This document shows, piece after piece, positions 1 through 12,885 of a stretch of 64,000 nucleotides of DNA. The stretch lies in NCBI GenBank assembly GCA_000182565.2, contig KQ257458.1. One strand, written 5' to 3'. Made by a program: the position numbers and the translations under genes. The notes beneath the pieces are model-generated. The model made no database searches and was not told the origin of the DNA. It saw nothing but the letters and a program-made list of their open reading frames with translations. The stretch comes from Spizellomyces punctatus DAOM BR117 (lineage: Eukaryota). Within the stretch, counting starts at the first letter, position 1; every line of letters starts with the position of its first letter.

Positions 1-36
1 GGATAGATTTCGAATTGCTTTTTGTTGATGGAGTAG

Positions 37-953
37 GCATATATCGAAGGATTTGAGAAGCATATGCCGAACAAGAGCCTACGTACGGAACTGCAAAGCT
101 CTGGCATTTCCCTCATAGACTGCCCTGCCAACGGTGGGAAAAATGTAGGTATGTCAGCCTTTTTGGTACAAGCACATTTTAACGTGAAAGTCTTCACATT
201 TCAAAATTTGCAATAGCGGACCAGATGATGATAGTTGACATGATGGCGTTTGCGCTGGACAATAGGCCGCCGGCCACCGTTATCCTGATTTCAGGAGATA
301 GAGACTTTGCCTATGCACTCTCTACGCTCCGGAATAGGCAGTACCATATCATTCTCCTCACTGGGAAGCAAGGGGCTCACTTGTCACTAAAGGCACAAGC
401 CCATGAAGTCTTGGACTGCAGGGTAGATGTCTTGAAGATGGGTGATATGGCCATGGACGATGCTAGCACTGGCAATGCTGGAAAGCAAAAGGGCCTGGAC
501 GGGCAACAGTCTGGTGAGAGTCCAATATCCGACGACCATGCTAAAAATGCTGCGAACCCGAAGGTGATCCCCAGAAGCGCTTTTGATCTGCCGGTGCAGT
601 CCACTTGTGACGGGCAAAGTGGCACTGTGGTTGCATCATCTTTTGTGGCATCACAAAGTGCCTGGAGGCAACATGACGATACTATTTCCACTATTGCAAA
701 AGTAGCCTTCCCCCTGGGTTCCGTCCCTGCGTCCGTGCACCTTCTCGTCAAAATTCTCAATGAATTTAAATATCGAGGGGACCGACGGCCCCTGCGGTCC
801 AAAGTTGGACTTGCCATCCTGGACAGAGATCCACTGATCTATATCGGTGAGGTGAAGAACTTTACGGGTCTCGCAATGAATGCGGAAAAGTTGGGACTCG
901 TCCAATTGGGGGGTGAGGATGGGCATGCATGGATTTCTTTACGTGGAGCCTAA
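37..953 (+). CDS. NYN (LabA/DUF88-like PIN-fold) domain protein, 5'-partial
   Basis: Exon 37-148 (AYIEG...SLRTELQSSGISLIDCPANGGKNV) splices through GT-AG intron 149-216 into ADQMMIVDMMAFALD...VILISGDRDFAYALSTLR, the NYN signature. The C-terminus (PLRSKVG...LVQLGG...AWISL) is a small LOTUS/OST-HTH-like domain. Confidence 0.85.
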
Positions 954-1450
954 GTCGTGACCAGATATAGCGCTCCACAAAGTCCATCTCCAGAAGACTG
1001 TTACTGCTCAATTTAGAGCAATGCTTGCCTGTCTGAGGAAAAACACTTCACTTGTATATGTTGCTGTAAATCATCGTGGTGATTATATGCTCATTTGTAA
1101 ATCATAGACTCACCCAATTCAAATAATATGTATAGCTTCCTCAGGTGAATATGTATAGCTTCCCAAAGTGCTGAGCCTATTCACGTAGCCTGCCGCATTT
1201 GACATAGGTACCCCCGGCTACAGCTGACCTTCCTTTCGCTTCGTCTATCCAGAGTCCATTACCACAACGTTCCAAAAAGTCTTTGTCTCAAAAACACCGT
1301 GACTTACAAGATATGGCATTAAGAAATGACGGTAACAGCCAGCCTGCTCACAGCTTTGCTTTACAGCGCAGGCGACGGACACGACGCAAGAAAGGCGTCC
1401 ACGCAGATCGTTTACAGGTTCGTTCACAGATTTGATTCCTATCTTCACCT

Positions 1451-1846
1451 ATGGATGGTCGGCCTAATTGATGGGATTTTGTTCCGAAAAAGCCGTATGA
1501 AGGCTACAAGTTTACATCTGAATCGGAGGCACTCCTTCAAGCACTCGTCACGATGAACGGCAACCAGTGGATCAAAACTGCTAAAATCTTCAACCGGCTT
1601 CACCGCGTGCTAGCAAAAGATGTGCGTAGGCAGTGCGAGTACCGATTTGTGGAGCCAGCCAATTGGCCTGCTCATTTTAGCTTTCCGGTACCGTTTTCCC
1701 CTGAGGACCATGCACTCATTGACATTTTGGTGATGATTCATGGCACTGATTGGCGAAAGGTTGCTAAAAAGTTCAATGAGGTCCATTGGGTCCCCGCAGC
1801 GACCCTTCGAACTCACTGGAAGCTAACCAGGCATAGGGACGAATAA
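1451..1846 (+). pseudogene. Two-repeat Myb/SANT-like gene with an in-frame TGA at codon 7 (or a truncated CDS from 1553)
   Basis: Repeats FTSESEALLQALVTMNGNQWIKTAKIFN and FSPEDHALIDILVMIHGTDWRKVAKKFN...LRTHW fit the Myb pattern. ATG 1451 is in frame with ATG 1553 but is followed by TGA at 1469-1471. Confidence 0.6.
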
Positions 1847-4013
1847 CTTGCGCTCCAAATCACAAAACCTGCCACCGCAAATTGGACAAGTGCTGGACAA
1901 TGTTTACAATATATCGTTTTTCGCGGTTTGCAATATTTCCGTTGTACATACGTGTAATGCATCAATACATCACCTGTCAGGGATAGGGTGTTTAAGTCCA
2001 TCATGTCCACAAGACTGATAGTGTTCAGTCGCTCCGATCAAGGACTCCAGCGGAACACGCAGGCCATTCGTGAACCACACACGCCTTGTCGCGTTTCGTG
2101 ATGGCAAACTTACCTTTACTTTGTCAGGCTATGAGATTGCATACGGATCTTTGCGAATGCCTATCTTATGATGAGAAAGACTCTGATCTACTACATGCTC
2201 CATTATCATTGCTTGTGATCAAAGTCCCATTCCTCAGCATAGCGTTTGGGATCCGCGATTAACAATCCAACGGTATGAACCGTCCACTTTCCTCTGATTA
2301 CGAATAACTTATGTGCGCATGCAGTGCAACGTTCCTGCTCTGCTTGAACGATCAAAACTTCGATACAAGTTGTAGACCCGTTGAACGTTCACCAGGTTTG
2401 ATGGGCAGGACTAAAGTCACGTGGTAAAGTGCCCGCACATAGCGCCATGGGGCGCGCGTGCGCCGCACTCGGCATGCACTTCGGCGCCCCGCAGCCGACC
2501 CTAGGTGGTCCCCAAGTTAGGTCATTCCCACCTCGAGTCTTTGCGGTGCCGGCTATGACCGAAGCATAGAGCCAATACACTGAAAATGCTTGCGATTAAT
2601 TGGCATGTTTTGAAAGGACTGATATTGTTTGTTCCCTTTGACAGTCCTGGCCGAGATGGTCACGTTACATTGCATTCTTTTCCCGAACATATAAAATAGT
2701 GGCCCTGGCTGAAACGCCATGAACGACTCCATAGAGGTGGGACTCGACAGGTAAAGCAAGAAGCGCAAACATGAACGAGAGTGTTTAGCAAACACGGAAC
2801 AAAAGTGTTCAGCGAACATAGAGCTCGACCATCTACCACCTACTCCTTCCATCGGATCGAGTTTGGGCCTCGCCGTCGAAGCGATTAGAAAAGCGCATAC
2901 AGACACCGATGCACGTCACAGCCTTTTTTGGAATACTCTGGATAGGCGCGATCCCAAGACCAAACCCCTATCCAATAGTCCACGCGCAGCCATCGTTTGC
3001 GCCAGATTCAACAGGTGCGGTTCGATCTGGAAAGTTTCTATAGGAATGTAGTCAAAGGCGGCTCACCTTCATAAGGCACCTTGAAACACCCGGCGAGCAC
3101 ACTCTGTACCAATGAAATATCACGTACATGCATGTTACTGGTTTGAAACTCACCGTTTACAACGCAAAGAGTCCACCCATGGTCAAAGATCCAGCCGCCA
3201 AGGCATCATGGCTTTCACGGATTCACCACGCACGCTTCAAGCCTGTTACAACACAAAGAATTCACGTAGCTTTAGTTTGAAACGCACCTGCTTAAGACTC
3301 CACGCGTGGGAACGCAATGCCCTGACACGCAATTCCATCTTGACCTACAAGATTCACCAACTACACCACGTCGCTTGTATTGGTATGCTAGAGCCCGCAC
3401 GTCAGTTTCTCACCTTATATATGGAAACTTGGGGAAAACGGGCCAAAAATGCGATGCTGGTTGCTGCTGATCGGTCTCGTTCCTGTCGGAAAGGATGAAT
3501 ACCGACATCAATACATTGGGTGAGTATTGAGTATCGTTCTGCCCCAACTGCCCAAGGGCAGAAACGTACACAGATTGCAAACTGAAAGAGGTCGGAGGGG
3601 GAGGAAAGCAGGGCGGCCTTAAATAGACCAGCAAGGAACAGGATCACGTCCATGGAGTTGTGGCGCTACAATTACATTCGCCGAAAGAAGGTCGTTTCCA
3701 TGCCGAGGTCAAAGGAGTAAGAAGGGTCCTTGGCGTTCGCGTGTCAATGCGGATACCAGCGCGGATATGCGCAGCACATTTCACATGTAAATGAATTCCC
3801 ACTCAAACAAAGGAGGAAGCGCAGTACACGGATATCTCTGTAATCTCATCAATTATTATCTTATTTAAACTATGCACAATCAACAGAAAAATGACAGAAA
3901 AAAGTTACAACTGTACAGGAGGACCCTACCAAAAGTCTGGGATGAACCGTGCCATCAGTGTGCGCTATTGCAACTGACAGACCTGCCCTATTCCCACTAA
4001 TGATGTTTCCTAC

Positions 4014-5589
4014 TTATACTAGGAAGAATGTAACGCCAGCTGCTACTGCTGCTCCTGCGGCCCATGTCAAACCTGTTGGTGAGCCGCCCAAGGCACCACT
4101 CGTACCAGAGTTCTTGTTATTAGAGTTGTTGTTGTTTGAGGCGCTTGAGGGGCCGGATGGAAGTCCATTCTGTGTACCAGCGGGTGCTGAGGCACCGTGA
4201 ATGGCAGAGGCAGCGACCAAAAGTTCGGCTGTGGGATACTGGTTATACACATCTTGAGCTGGGGCGGCAGCTAAGGGTAGAGTCTGCAGTTAGCGCTGGC
4301 AGACTGCCTTTGCTTTCAGAAAACTATCAACTTACTCTGTTGCCACTCCTTGTTACACCACCAATCGTTGTTGCAGTTGCGGATAGCGGACGTGAGGGTG
4401 GTGTCGATGACAGTTTGAATCTGCTGCTTCATTGCAGCGTCGCCTTCAAGGTAGAGTTGAGACAATCCCTTGGCAAACTGGGGCATTGAGGCAGGGGTAT
4501 CACGTCCACACATTGCCGGAGTGGTTGTACACACTGGCTCGATGATGATACCGTTTTGAGTAAACTTTCCAACAGCGGCCGGTAGAAGCTTCTTTGCGTC
4601 GTCCATATACGTAGCCATCTTTGTTGCCTTGTACATGTAGGCCAAAGCACCCATGAGTGTGCCCGCATTGTAAGACCATTCGGTTCTATCGACTTGGGTA
4701 CAGGTAGGAGCATTGGCACCGTCCAGTACAGCCCAGTCAGCGGTAACGAGCCCACTCGTCTTCATCCAGTTATAGACTTTGTCGGACCAGTTAAGGTAGG
4801 TAGTGTTGCCTGTGGCGATCGAAAGGCGCGCACCAAGCTCAACAAACTGAGAGTGGGTGATGACAGATTTGAAGGTTCTCTTGTTTGGGCTAGGGTCCTC
4901 ACGATTACGTGACCAGTAGATACCACCATTGCAAGTTGTTTCATCCCACTGCTCAAGAATCTCGTTCCAGGTCAGAGCAGCCACGTCCAGGAACTTTGCT
5001 CCGCCGGGGATGTAGACGTTCTTATCATAAGCCTCCACAGCCGACATCACTTTAAGAAAATAGCCATGAGACCTTTTGGTCGACTTTGAAGACACGCAAA
5101 AAGGGTATACTCACTGGACAGCGCCCACCATCCCAAATCGTCGTTCCATTTCCCACGTAGCTTTTCCTGGACTGTCCTTTGTGGTCCGCCCAACAAATCG
5201 CCCGTCTCTTTAAAGGTCGCCTCCAACATTGCACTTCCTGCAACATTGTCTTGTGCTCTGTCCCCATTGTATTTGGAGTTGTCAAAGACCATTCCCCATA
5301 TGATACCCGAGACGTACCAGGACACATTTGCCTGGTCAAATGCTCCCTCTGTGGTTTTGCCCGCCTGTTTCTCGGCCGAGTAAAGAGAAACGAGGTTGGA
5401 CACGGCCTTGTGAGTAGCGTCACCAAGAGCGGCTGCCACCAAACAAACAAGCTGTCAATAAAAAGCAGTGGAAACTCCTTTAAAGGCCCTGCCAGCGTTA
5501 ATAATACCTTTGTTTGTCACATCCAGAGTCGCACCCGAGGCCACGCCAACCAGGCAGGCTGCAGCAAGAGTCGTCTTTTTGAAAAGCAT
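4014..5589 (-). CDS. GH76 alpha-1,6-mannanase/transglycosidase (Dcw1/Dfg5 family), probably GPI-anchored
   Basis: Signal peptide MLFKKTTLAAACLVGVASG, WNDDLGWW catalytic motif, WDETTCNGGIYW, WSYNAG; S/N-rich linker and hydrophobic tail; three introns. Confidence 0.9.
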
Positions 5590-5913
5590 TTCGTGTGTAT
5601 TATAATGTATATTCTATGAGGTAAACCGAATGGCCGTGATAAACGAAAAGTCTAATGTCTATTTCGCCAAAGCGTTTGGCGGAAGGGGATGAGTTGCTTT
5701 GGCTTTTCTTTTGAAGATGCTCGAGTCCCGCCGTGGCCACAACCCTCTCAACACGGGGGGGCGGGCCGTGTGGGAAAATTCTGCGGTGAACTTTCATTTG
5801 CGGCGTGTTGTCCGCCAAAGCCGCTCTGTGTGACACGTGTTTCACATGTTGGCATGGCAACAGGAGCATGCAGGTGAAAAAGAAACAGCTCAAGATCTTT
5901 CAAGTTTAACCAG

Positions 5914-6552
5914 ATGTGCACATTAGGCATGATTCGAGCAGCTGCATCCCGTTGCGTTCCTCTACGACACGTTGGCTTTGGCTTTACCCCCGTCACTCCT
6001 TGCTTGGCAGGAGTTCCACAGCCATCCTCCCTCCATGCACCCAACACACGCTTCCCTCTCCAAGTCCGTTGGGCAACAAAGAAATCCGGCGGTTCGTCAA
6101 AGAACGGGCGAACTTCTCAGCCAAAGTTCCTCGGTTTCAAAGCACTCCACAGTGCAAAAGTAGAGCCAGGCAATATTATCATCAGACAGCGGGGAACGCA
6201 ATGGCATCCGGGAACAAATGTGGGCATTGGCCGTGACCATACACTGTTTGCCCTTGTTCCGGGACGAGTTGTCTTGCACTACGATCTCGCCAAGCAACGA
6301 AAAATCGTGTCAGTGGATGACGGTACCTTGCCACCATTACCATCCCGACCAGAGATGAAGAAGAGACTGGCAGAGAGCTTGGACCTAGAGAAATATCTGG
6401 ATATGGACGGAGAGGGTCGATTGGCATATGTCCAACAGAAGATCAAGGAGATTTCAGAAAAGGATAATAAAGAGAGAAAGGCTGCGCTTGAGACGAGATT
6501 GATGGAAAAGGGACGGCGAAAGTTTGACATGATCGACTTGACTTTCCTGTGA
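5914..6552 (+). CDS. MRP7: Mitochondrial ribosomal protein bL27m
   Basis: Arg-rich presequence, then [21 protein letters not shown]...[29 protein letters not shown] (L27 signature). Confidence 0.92.
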   Translation: MCTLGMIRAAASRCVPLRHVGFGFTPVTPCLAGVPQPSSLHAPNTRFPLQVRWATKKSGGSSKNGRTSQPKFLGFKALHSAKVEPGNIIIRQRGTQWHPGTNVGIGRDHTLFALVPGRVVLHYDLAKQRKIVSVDDGTLPPLPSRPEMKKRLAESLDLEKYLDMDGEGRLAYVQQKIKEISEKDNKERKAALETRLMEKGRRKFDMIDLTFL

Positions 6553-6663
6553 CGGCAATGTAGATTTTTTTCATTTTCAACTTATTAATATACCTGTGCT
6601 ATTTATTGGTACAAGCAACCTCGATATTACATGCCCAAGACGCAAAGTGTGATAGGTCCTTGG

Positions 6664-9600
6664 CTATACGATTTCTACGGTTCTTGCTACTTTGGAAGTT
6701 TCATTCCTGCGTCCTTGCGCTGCCATGCTAGCTTTGCGTTCTGTGTAAGCATGGGACCTCTCATCATTTCTTTTTTTCCCTGGTACCTCAGCCCATCGCC
6801 TGAAACAAAGTCAACAATGAACAGATGCATAAAAGCGGCAATCATACAGTAAGCAACGCACCTAATGCTCTCAACCTTGCTTAGAATTTCTGGGGGAATC
6901 ATATACAGCATGACATGCGTCCGACGATTGTCCTCTGATAAAGCACCGACCAGGGGATGGAACAGCAGAACGTACAAAAGGCCGAGGACTGTGCAAAACA
7001 AGATGGTAAAAACCAGGTGGAATGTGTTGAACCAATTGGCATGAAGTTCCACGGTTTGGATGCGGATCGTTGATGTGAGCGTCAGAGGAGGGGGTAGGTA
7101 ATGCTGGTCTAGCAAGCGAAAGCTTGTCATCCGGCCAGTAATGTTGGTGGGAATGGTAGGTGATGGAGTTGAAGCCGCAGCCGTGCTCGGTAAAAGGGAT
7201 ACAATCTCTCGACCCAGCTGCGTGTACCGATTGAGGCCAGCATGCAACCCAGTGCCTAACGCACCATTCATAAACGATTCGCAGTCCGCAGGAACCCCCT
7301 CCGTGCAAGCATCCTGCAGCATCAATTCCGACAACCCTTTGACGTCTTTGGCCTGAATCACTGATGAAGTATACATGTCTGGATCTCCATACATCAGACC
7401 TCTCTGCACTCTTGCCAATGCTGTCAACAAGCTTGCTGCACTCTCCGGCGCATTACCGCCCACTCGTGCCAACATGGCTGGTGACCCGTCGTCGCTGTAT
7501 CCGTAGGTTTGGAGGACCTGCTCACGTAATCGAAAATCCGCTTGACGGCTCAACACTGGTATCTGCATGGACCAGTAAACATCGTTTGCGATATGGTTAT
7601 GATCAGTGAGCCAGGAAAGGGTCAGGCCTCCGGCGCTGAAAAAGTACGCGAGGCAGATCAGGAAGAGGAGACCGGCTTTTGGGAGCATTTTGTGCGGGTC
7701 TTCGAAGCGTCCTAGGATTGAAGCATACAGTACAGATCTTCTGCGATTGTTGCGGGACGGGGAATGGTAATTGTCGATGCCTTCGGGGCTGGACGTTGAA
7801 ATCAGCCCTTTTTCCTCGTCTTGAAGGAGCTTGTCAAGGGCAAATCGGTTGCCGGCGTCAGTCACGTCCATATCATCCTCGTCGTCCTCATTTTCGGCCA
7901 GTCGTTCTATACCATCAATAGAACCATATTGTCAGCGTCATACTAAGCTGATTATCAAAACTTTTTTTTCCAGTCAAGACTCACGCAAGTGGGACGAATA
8001 AATTCCTTTGACGACTTCTTTTGGGATATCTAGAAACATCTGGTACATACAGACACGGGGTCAGCACGAGCCAGGCAAAACCAAAAAGGATACGGAGCTT
8101 TTACCTGGAAGAACCGCTGCCGATTCGACTGGATCTTGACATAGAGAGGCCAAATCAACATCAAAAACACCAAAAAGCACAACCCTGGCCCAACAGCCGA
8201 ACGTCCCAACTGAGACCACTTGGTGCTTATGATCTCATTCTGAAACTCTATACACACGTCCCCAGCCGACGTATTCAATCCCCGCAGAATCGTCAGCGGA
8301 CCGTTAATGTAAATCTTTTCCATCGCGGCCCGTATTCCTTGTGCATCGCCCGTCGTGTCCAGGATATACCGAGTGCTAGCAATGGCTTCTTGGAGAGCAT
8401 CGTACAATGTGACTGTTTCGACTTGGGTATATTGAAAGGGTGTACTCGGGGAGGCTGTATAGAATTGGATTTCAGCGTAGGGGACGGTACCTGGAACGAG
8501 GTTGGCAAAGTCCGAGACAGTGCTTAATAGGACCGTGACATCCGTTTCCAATTTTTGTCGTGCTTCCGTAACGTTTGCCAATCCACTGTCGAAACCTCCG
8601 ACGCCTTCGCCGATTTGCATCGTGCGGACTTGTTCGACAATGTCAACCATGCGTAAACAAGTGTCTGTTCTTCGGCGAACCTTGTCGAGTTTGTTCAGCA
8701 CCCCTGTGTAGAGCTGTTTGTACCGAACGTTTTCGGTAACGGACAGCACACCCAGAACAAACAGGCAAATGATAAATGCCATGCGGAGGTAGCCCAACTG
8801 TCGATTTGTCTGTATATTTTTGAGGGCAATGACATTTTTGATGTAGGATGACGTCCCCGAGCGGGTGATGCTGGATGTGGTGCTCCTATGTTCATCGTCA
8901 TCGTCATCTTCGTGATCATTCGAATTGACAGGGGTACGGCGCTTGAGTTGCAGAAATTCGGTAGCTAGGTGCTTCGCGGATGCATTGTTAGAAGCTGGGA
9001 GGTTAGTTGTTGATTCGTGGGGGGAGAAACTCATTGGCATTGCTGAGTGGGTGGAGGAATTGAGGGAAGAATGGCTGACTCGGCTGGCGTTTGGCACAGC
9101 TTCCTCGTCGTTGGGGCCAGATTCGTCGGGACGGTCTTCTTCTACTTGTCGTCCGTATCCCATTGGACAGACACCTATTCGACCGTCAGGGCCTGATACG
9201 GGAGGATGGTCGGCCGGTAAACCCGCCACCTCTTGGACGGGAACGCTATCCGCGACTTTGACTCTGCAAATGTAGCATTCGAGATCGCCGACGACCACCT
9301 TATCCCCCGTAACCGTCAGTGAATAGATGGTCCGCCGCGTCTCAAAGTCAACCTGCGACCCACTCCGCCCGGCTTTAATCACATTCTCAAAGTTCAAGTT
9401 TGGAATCCAGGAACCGACAGGTGTCCCTTGATCAACATGGCCAAGGATGTCAGACAAGGGCTCCGTAGCATGCAAAATGCCAAAAGAAGAATCAAGGATC
9501 ATGAATTCGTCTCCAGGTCTGGTCCGCGCTTTTGACATGATGCCCAGAAAAGAGATTTTGCCTTCGCTGGAGGTGATTTGCTTTACCAATAGCGTTACGG

Positions 9601-12122
9601 AAAAGAGATATCCGGCTGCGTTTATGCCAAGAACTTGTCGGGGCCGGTCAATGACCTTTTTCAACAATATGTGAATACAAAAGCCATTGTGACCGTACTC
9701 TACAAACGTCTTTTCAATGCGTGCGTACCTTGGCATACCCGGTATCCAAGTACCGCTTCAGCAGGTCATCGTGCACTTCTTTGAATGGGGAAGGAACGAT
9801 CTTATCAATGTTTTGCTGCATAATTTCGTGTTTTCTGTATCCAAAGAGTTTAAGCCACTGTGCATTGACGTTCATGATCTGTTGGATTTGCAGTCAGGTT
9901 AACTCACTAGAAGGAAGCTTAACAGGTGACAAGAAAACATACGCAGCCCAGATTATCCAGCTCTCCACTGATGGTCACCAAAGCATTGTCTGCCCATCCC
10001 CCAGCATCCAATCCCGTTGACACCCCGCCCTCTTCTTCCCCCATTTCTTCGTCCAAAACTTCATGACTCCTCCTCGCATCGCCTTCCAATTCGTCAGCGC
10101 GCTCAATGAGCTCCTGTCCCTGTTTATGGTCGTTGAGGACGTTGATGAGGAAACCGGCGTACATGCGGTACACATGCGGGGAATTGGGGGAGAGTTTGAG
10201 GACTTGGTTATAGTGTTGTTGGGTGCTTGATATAGCGTTGGTGAGTGAGGCACCGTGATGGTGGAGGCGGCGGAAAGAGGGATTGCGGCGGAGAAGTTCG
10301 GCCCAGAATTGGACGACGGCAGCTAGCGGGGGAAAGAGATTCAAGACGTTAAAGTGATTTTTTTTTAATGTTTCGAGATGGACATAATTAACCAACCTTC
10401 TGCTCTTCTTTCATATTTTTTGGCAAAGCTCAAGTTCTGCTCGTATGCAATGAAATCAATCACATCCCCACCGCTGAACCTCTCATTCAACAGCCTTTGC
10501 CTTCTGAATATCATGGACGCCTCATCCACCTTGGGATCCATGTTTTCCGCTTTAGTCAACGAAGCCATGCACTGGGCCCTGTTTCCCAACCGGAGGAGGT
10601 AAAATTGCCCCGCAAAGATATGCAGCAAACTTGAATGGGGATTAGCACGGAGGGCAATGGTAAAGAGGTTGGTGATGGCATCCAAAGTTTCTTTCTCTTC
10701 TGCTTGGGCAGCGTTGGAACGTTGGGCGGATTCCGTGGAAAGGTCACCCGGACTTGCAGTCAGCATGGTAATGTTTGTCTTGGGAGGATCCTTGTACAAC
10801 AATCCGGCCTTTTCCAACCGAAATCGCACCATCAACTCAAACGTGAGGGCATCCACTTTTTCTGGATTCATCTTTTCAATGGCACGTCGTCGGACGCGGA
10901 TGAGGAGGGAACCAAGGAGAAGGGCGATTGGGGAGAGGAGAACATAGATGATACCAATGTCGCTGTAAGGCCGGAACAGAATAAATACACTGCAAAGGGA
11001 GCACCAGAAAAAGTTGAACTGGAGTGCTGCTCGAAAGACTGAGAATTTGAAAGAGTAGTACGGGATGTACTGTCCAAATCATCCGAGTCAGAAAACAGAA
11101 CGGTGACGTGCTTTGCAAGTTGAACAGTTTAGAACATACCCAAGTGTAAGAAAATGCGAGTATCCCGCTCGCCACGACGGATACTGCTGCAAATATTCCT
11201 TTATTCACCGCCGAATGCGGCTCTCCATAGGTTGCGAGGACCACCGACAAAATGATGAGAACTGTCCGACAAGCTATATAAAGCGTTTCAATTCTCGAAT
11301 GCGGCCGGGATTCAATGTCTTTTAGTTTGGGGTCAAAGTCAAAGTAGGTCGCACCCACAGCTAGTACGAGGCTGAATAGAAGCGAGATTTAAACATTAAC
11401 CCAAGGGAATTGTGGAGAAACAAAAAAAACGCAAACACTCACGCAATAAAGATGAGGGAAATAATTGTTGTTGCAATGCTTCTAAACAGGTACTTTCCCT
11501 GCCAACATATTCCCCATCCTTCGAGAGGTTCCTCTTCATTTCCATGCTCAACAAGACTACTTTCCTCGCATCGAACAATACTGTGCACAAATCGTTCCAA
11601 TATGGGAATGTACAGCACGGTCGCAAACAGCCCGAGGGTGAATCGCAGAAACTTTAGAGTCCAGATGAACCTGAACCGGTTTTTGGAAAAGGAGTAGCCG
11701 ACCCATAAGGTATTCAAAAGCACCAAACCCAAAATGCTAATGAGGAAAATATAGAGAGGTTCGCTGTTTTGAACCTATCCCAAACTGTGAGCACGCTTGA
11801 GCGAAAACAAATAACCAATAACCTAGAATAAACTCACAAACTTTTCTGGCGAAAAAATCTCAAACATCAGATTCAACCAATCCACCTCCTCTTGCCAAGC
11901 AAAAGGCGCAAACCCAAACAACAGCGACAGATCCTGGAAATGGTCAATCAAACTCTCCAATGCCGCCCAAATCCAATGACTCCCATGTTCCTCCTTATTC
12001 ACAATAAAGAGCACACCAAATAGACCGTTCTTGATGCGTAGCAAGAATGTATCAAAGGTATCTGTTAATGTGTCCGTCGGTGCCTGCCCCGACGACGGGA
12101 CGGAACGAAAGGTACTCTTCAT
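6664..12122 (-). CDS. Large multi-pass membrane protein with TPR-like and PAS domains (TmcB/TmcC-like)
   Basis: Multi-exon gene. N-terminal TM bundle (RPHSRIE motif), helical region QFWAELL...YRMYAGFLINVLND, PAS domain (IMNVNAQWLKLFGYRKHEIMQQNIDKIVPSPFKEVHDDLLKRYLDTG), C-terminal TM pairs ending MLYMIPPEILSKVESIR. The last spliced exon stops at 6664. Confidence 0.75.
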
Positions 12123-12885
12123 GATGGGAAATGACACAAAATCGGGGAATTCAAAGGCGCGAGGACATGATATGCAAAATAAGCAACATCCCGAATCCCA
12201 GGCCGATATTTCTTTTTATATATAGAGGCCGAGTCCAGATCCGCTGCAATCACATCCCTATTTCCCATTTACCTTCCGATCATCCCGACCGGATTATGTA
12301 ATGAGTCCAAAGTCGATTAAAATTTGGGGCGACTGGCCCATGAACCATAAATAAAGGATAAGTCATCCGTGGTAAATCGCTTGGTCAATACGTACCGGAA
12401 AGCTGTGATATGGGCAATTCCAGGATTTTGGGATGAGACCAGAGTTGGAATCACGCAGCAAAAAGCTTCTATGTGTTTTGGTGTGCAATCGCGGCAGGGT
12501 ATCTAAAGTCCCTCAAAGTCCCTCTCCCTAGGTCCAAGACTCGAAGGACTCTTGGCATTGTTACTTTTCCATTTACATTAATGTAGGTTACTTTCAAGCG
12601 AAGCGAACGGAACAAGCTTCATTTGAGTCAACTTGACATGTTGGAGGACCGAAATCAGACCGATCCTCAGTATTGTGTGGTCGTGCTGAATATTGTAGAG
12701 CAAAAAAGACCCCAAGCAATTTCTCCATTGTCATGTCAGTCAATATCGTGTCATGCCAACACGCTAATATTTACAAAATTACACATGTCTATCTGCATCG
12801 CAGACATGGCTTCCAATATAACTATAAAAAAATGAACACGTCGCATCTCCCATTCGCATCTTGCTACGCCTGCGGAAGGGGAACA

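Noticed and set aside
1469..1471. Selenocysteine reading of the in-frame TGA codons
   Set aside because: No redox motif context and no SECIS-like element recognised; nonsense mutation is simpler.
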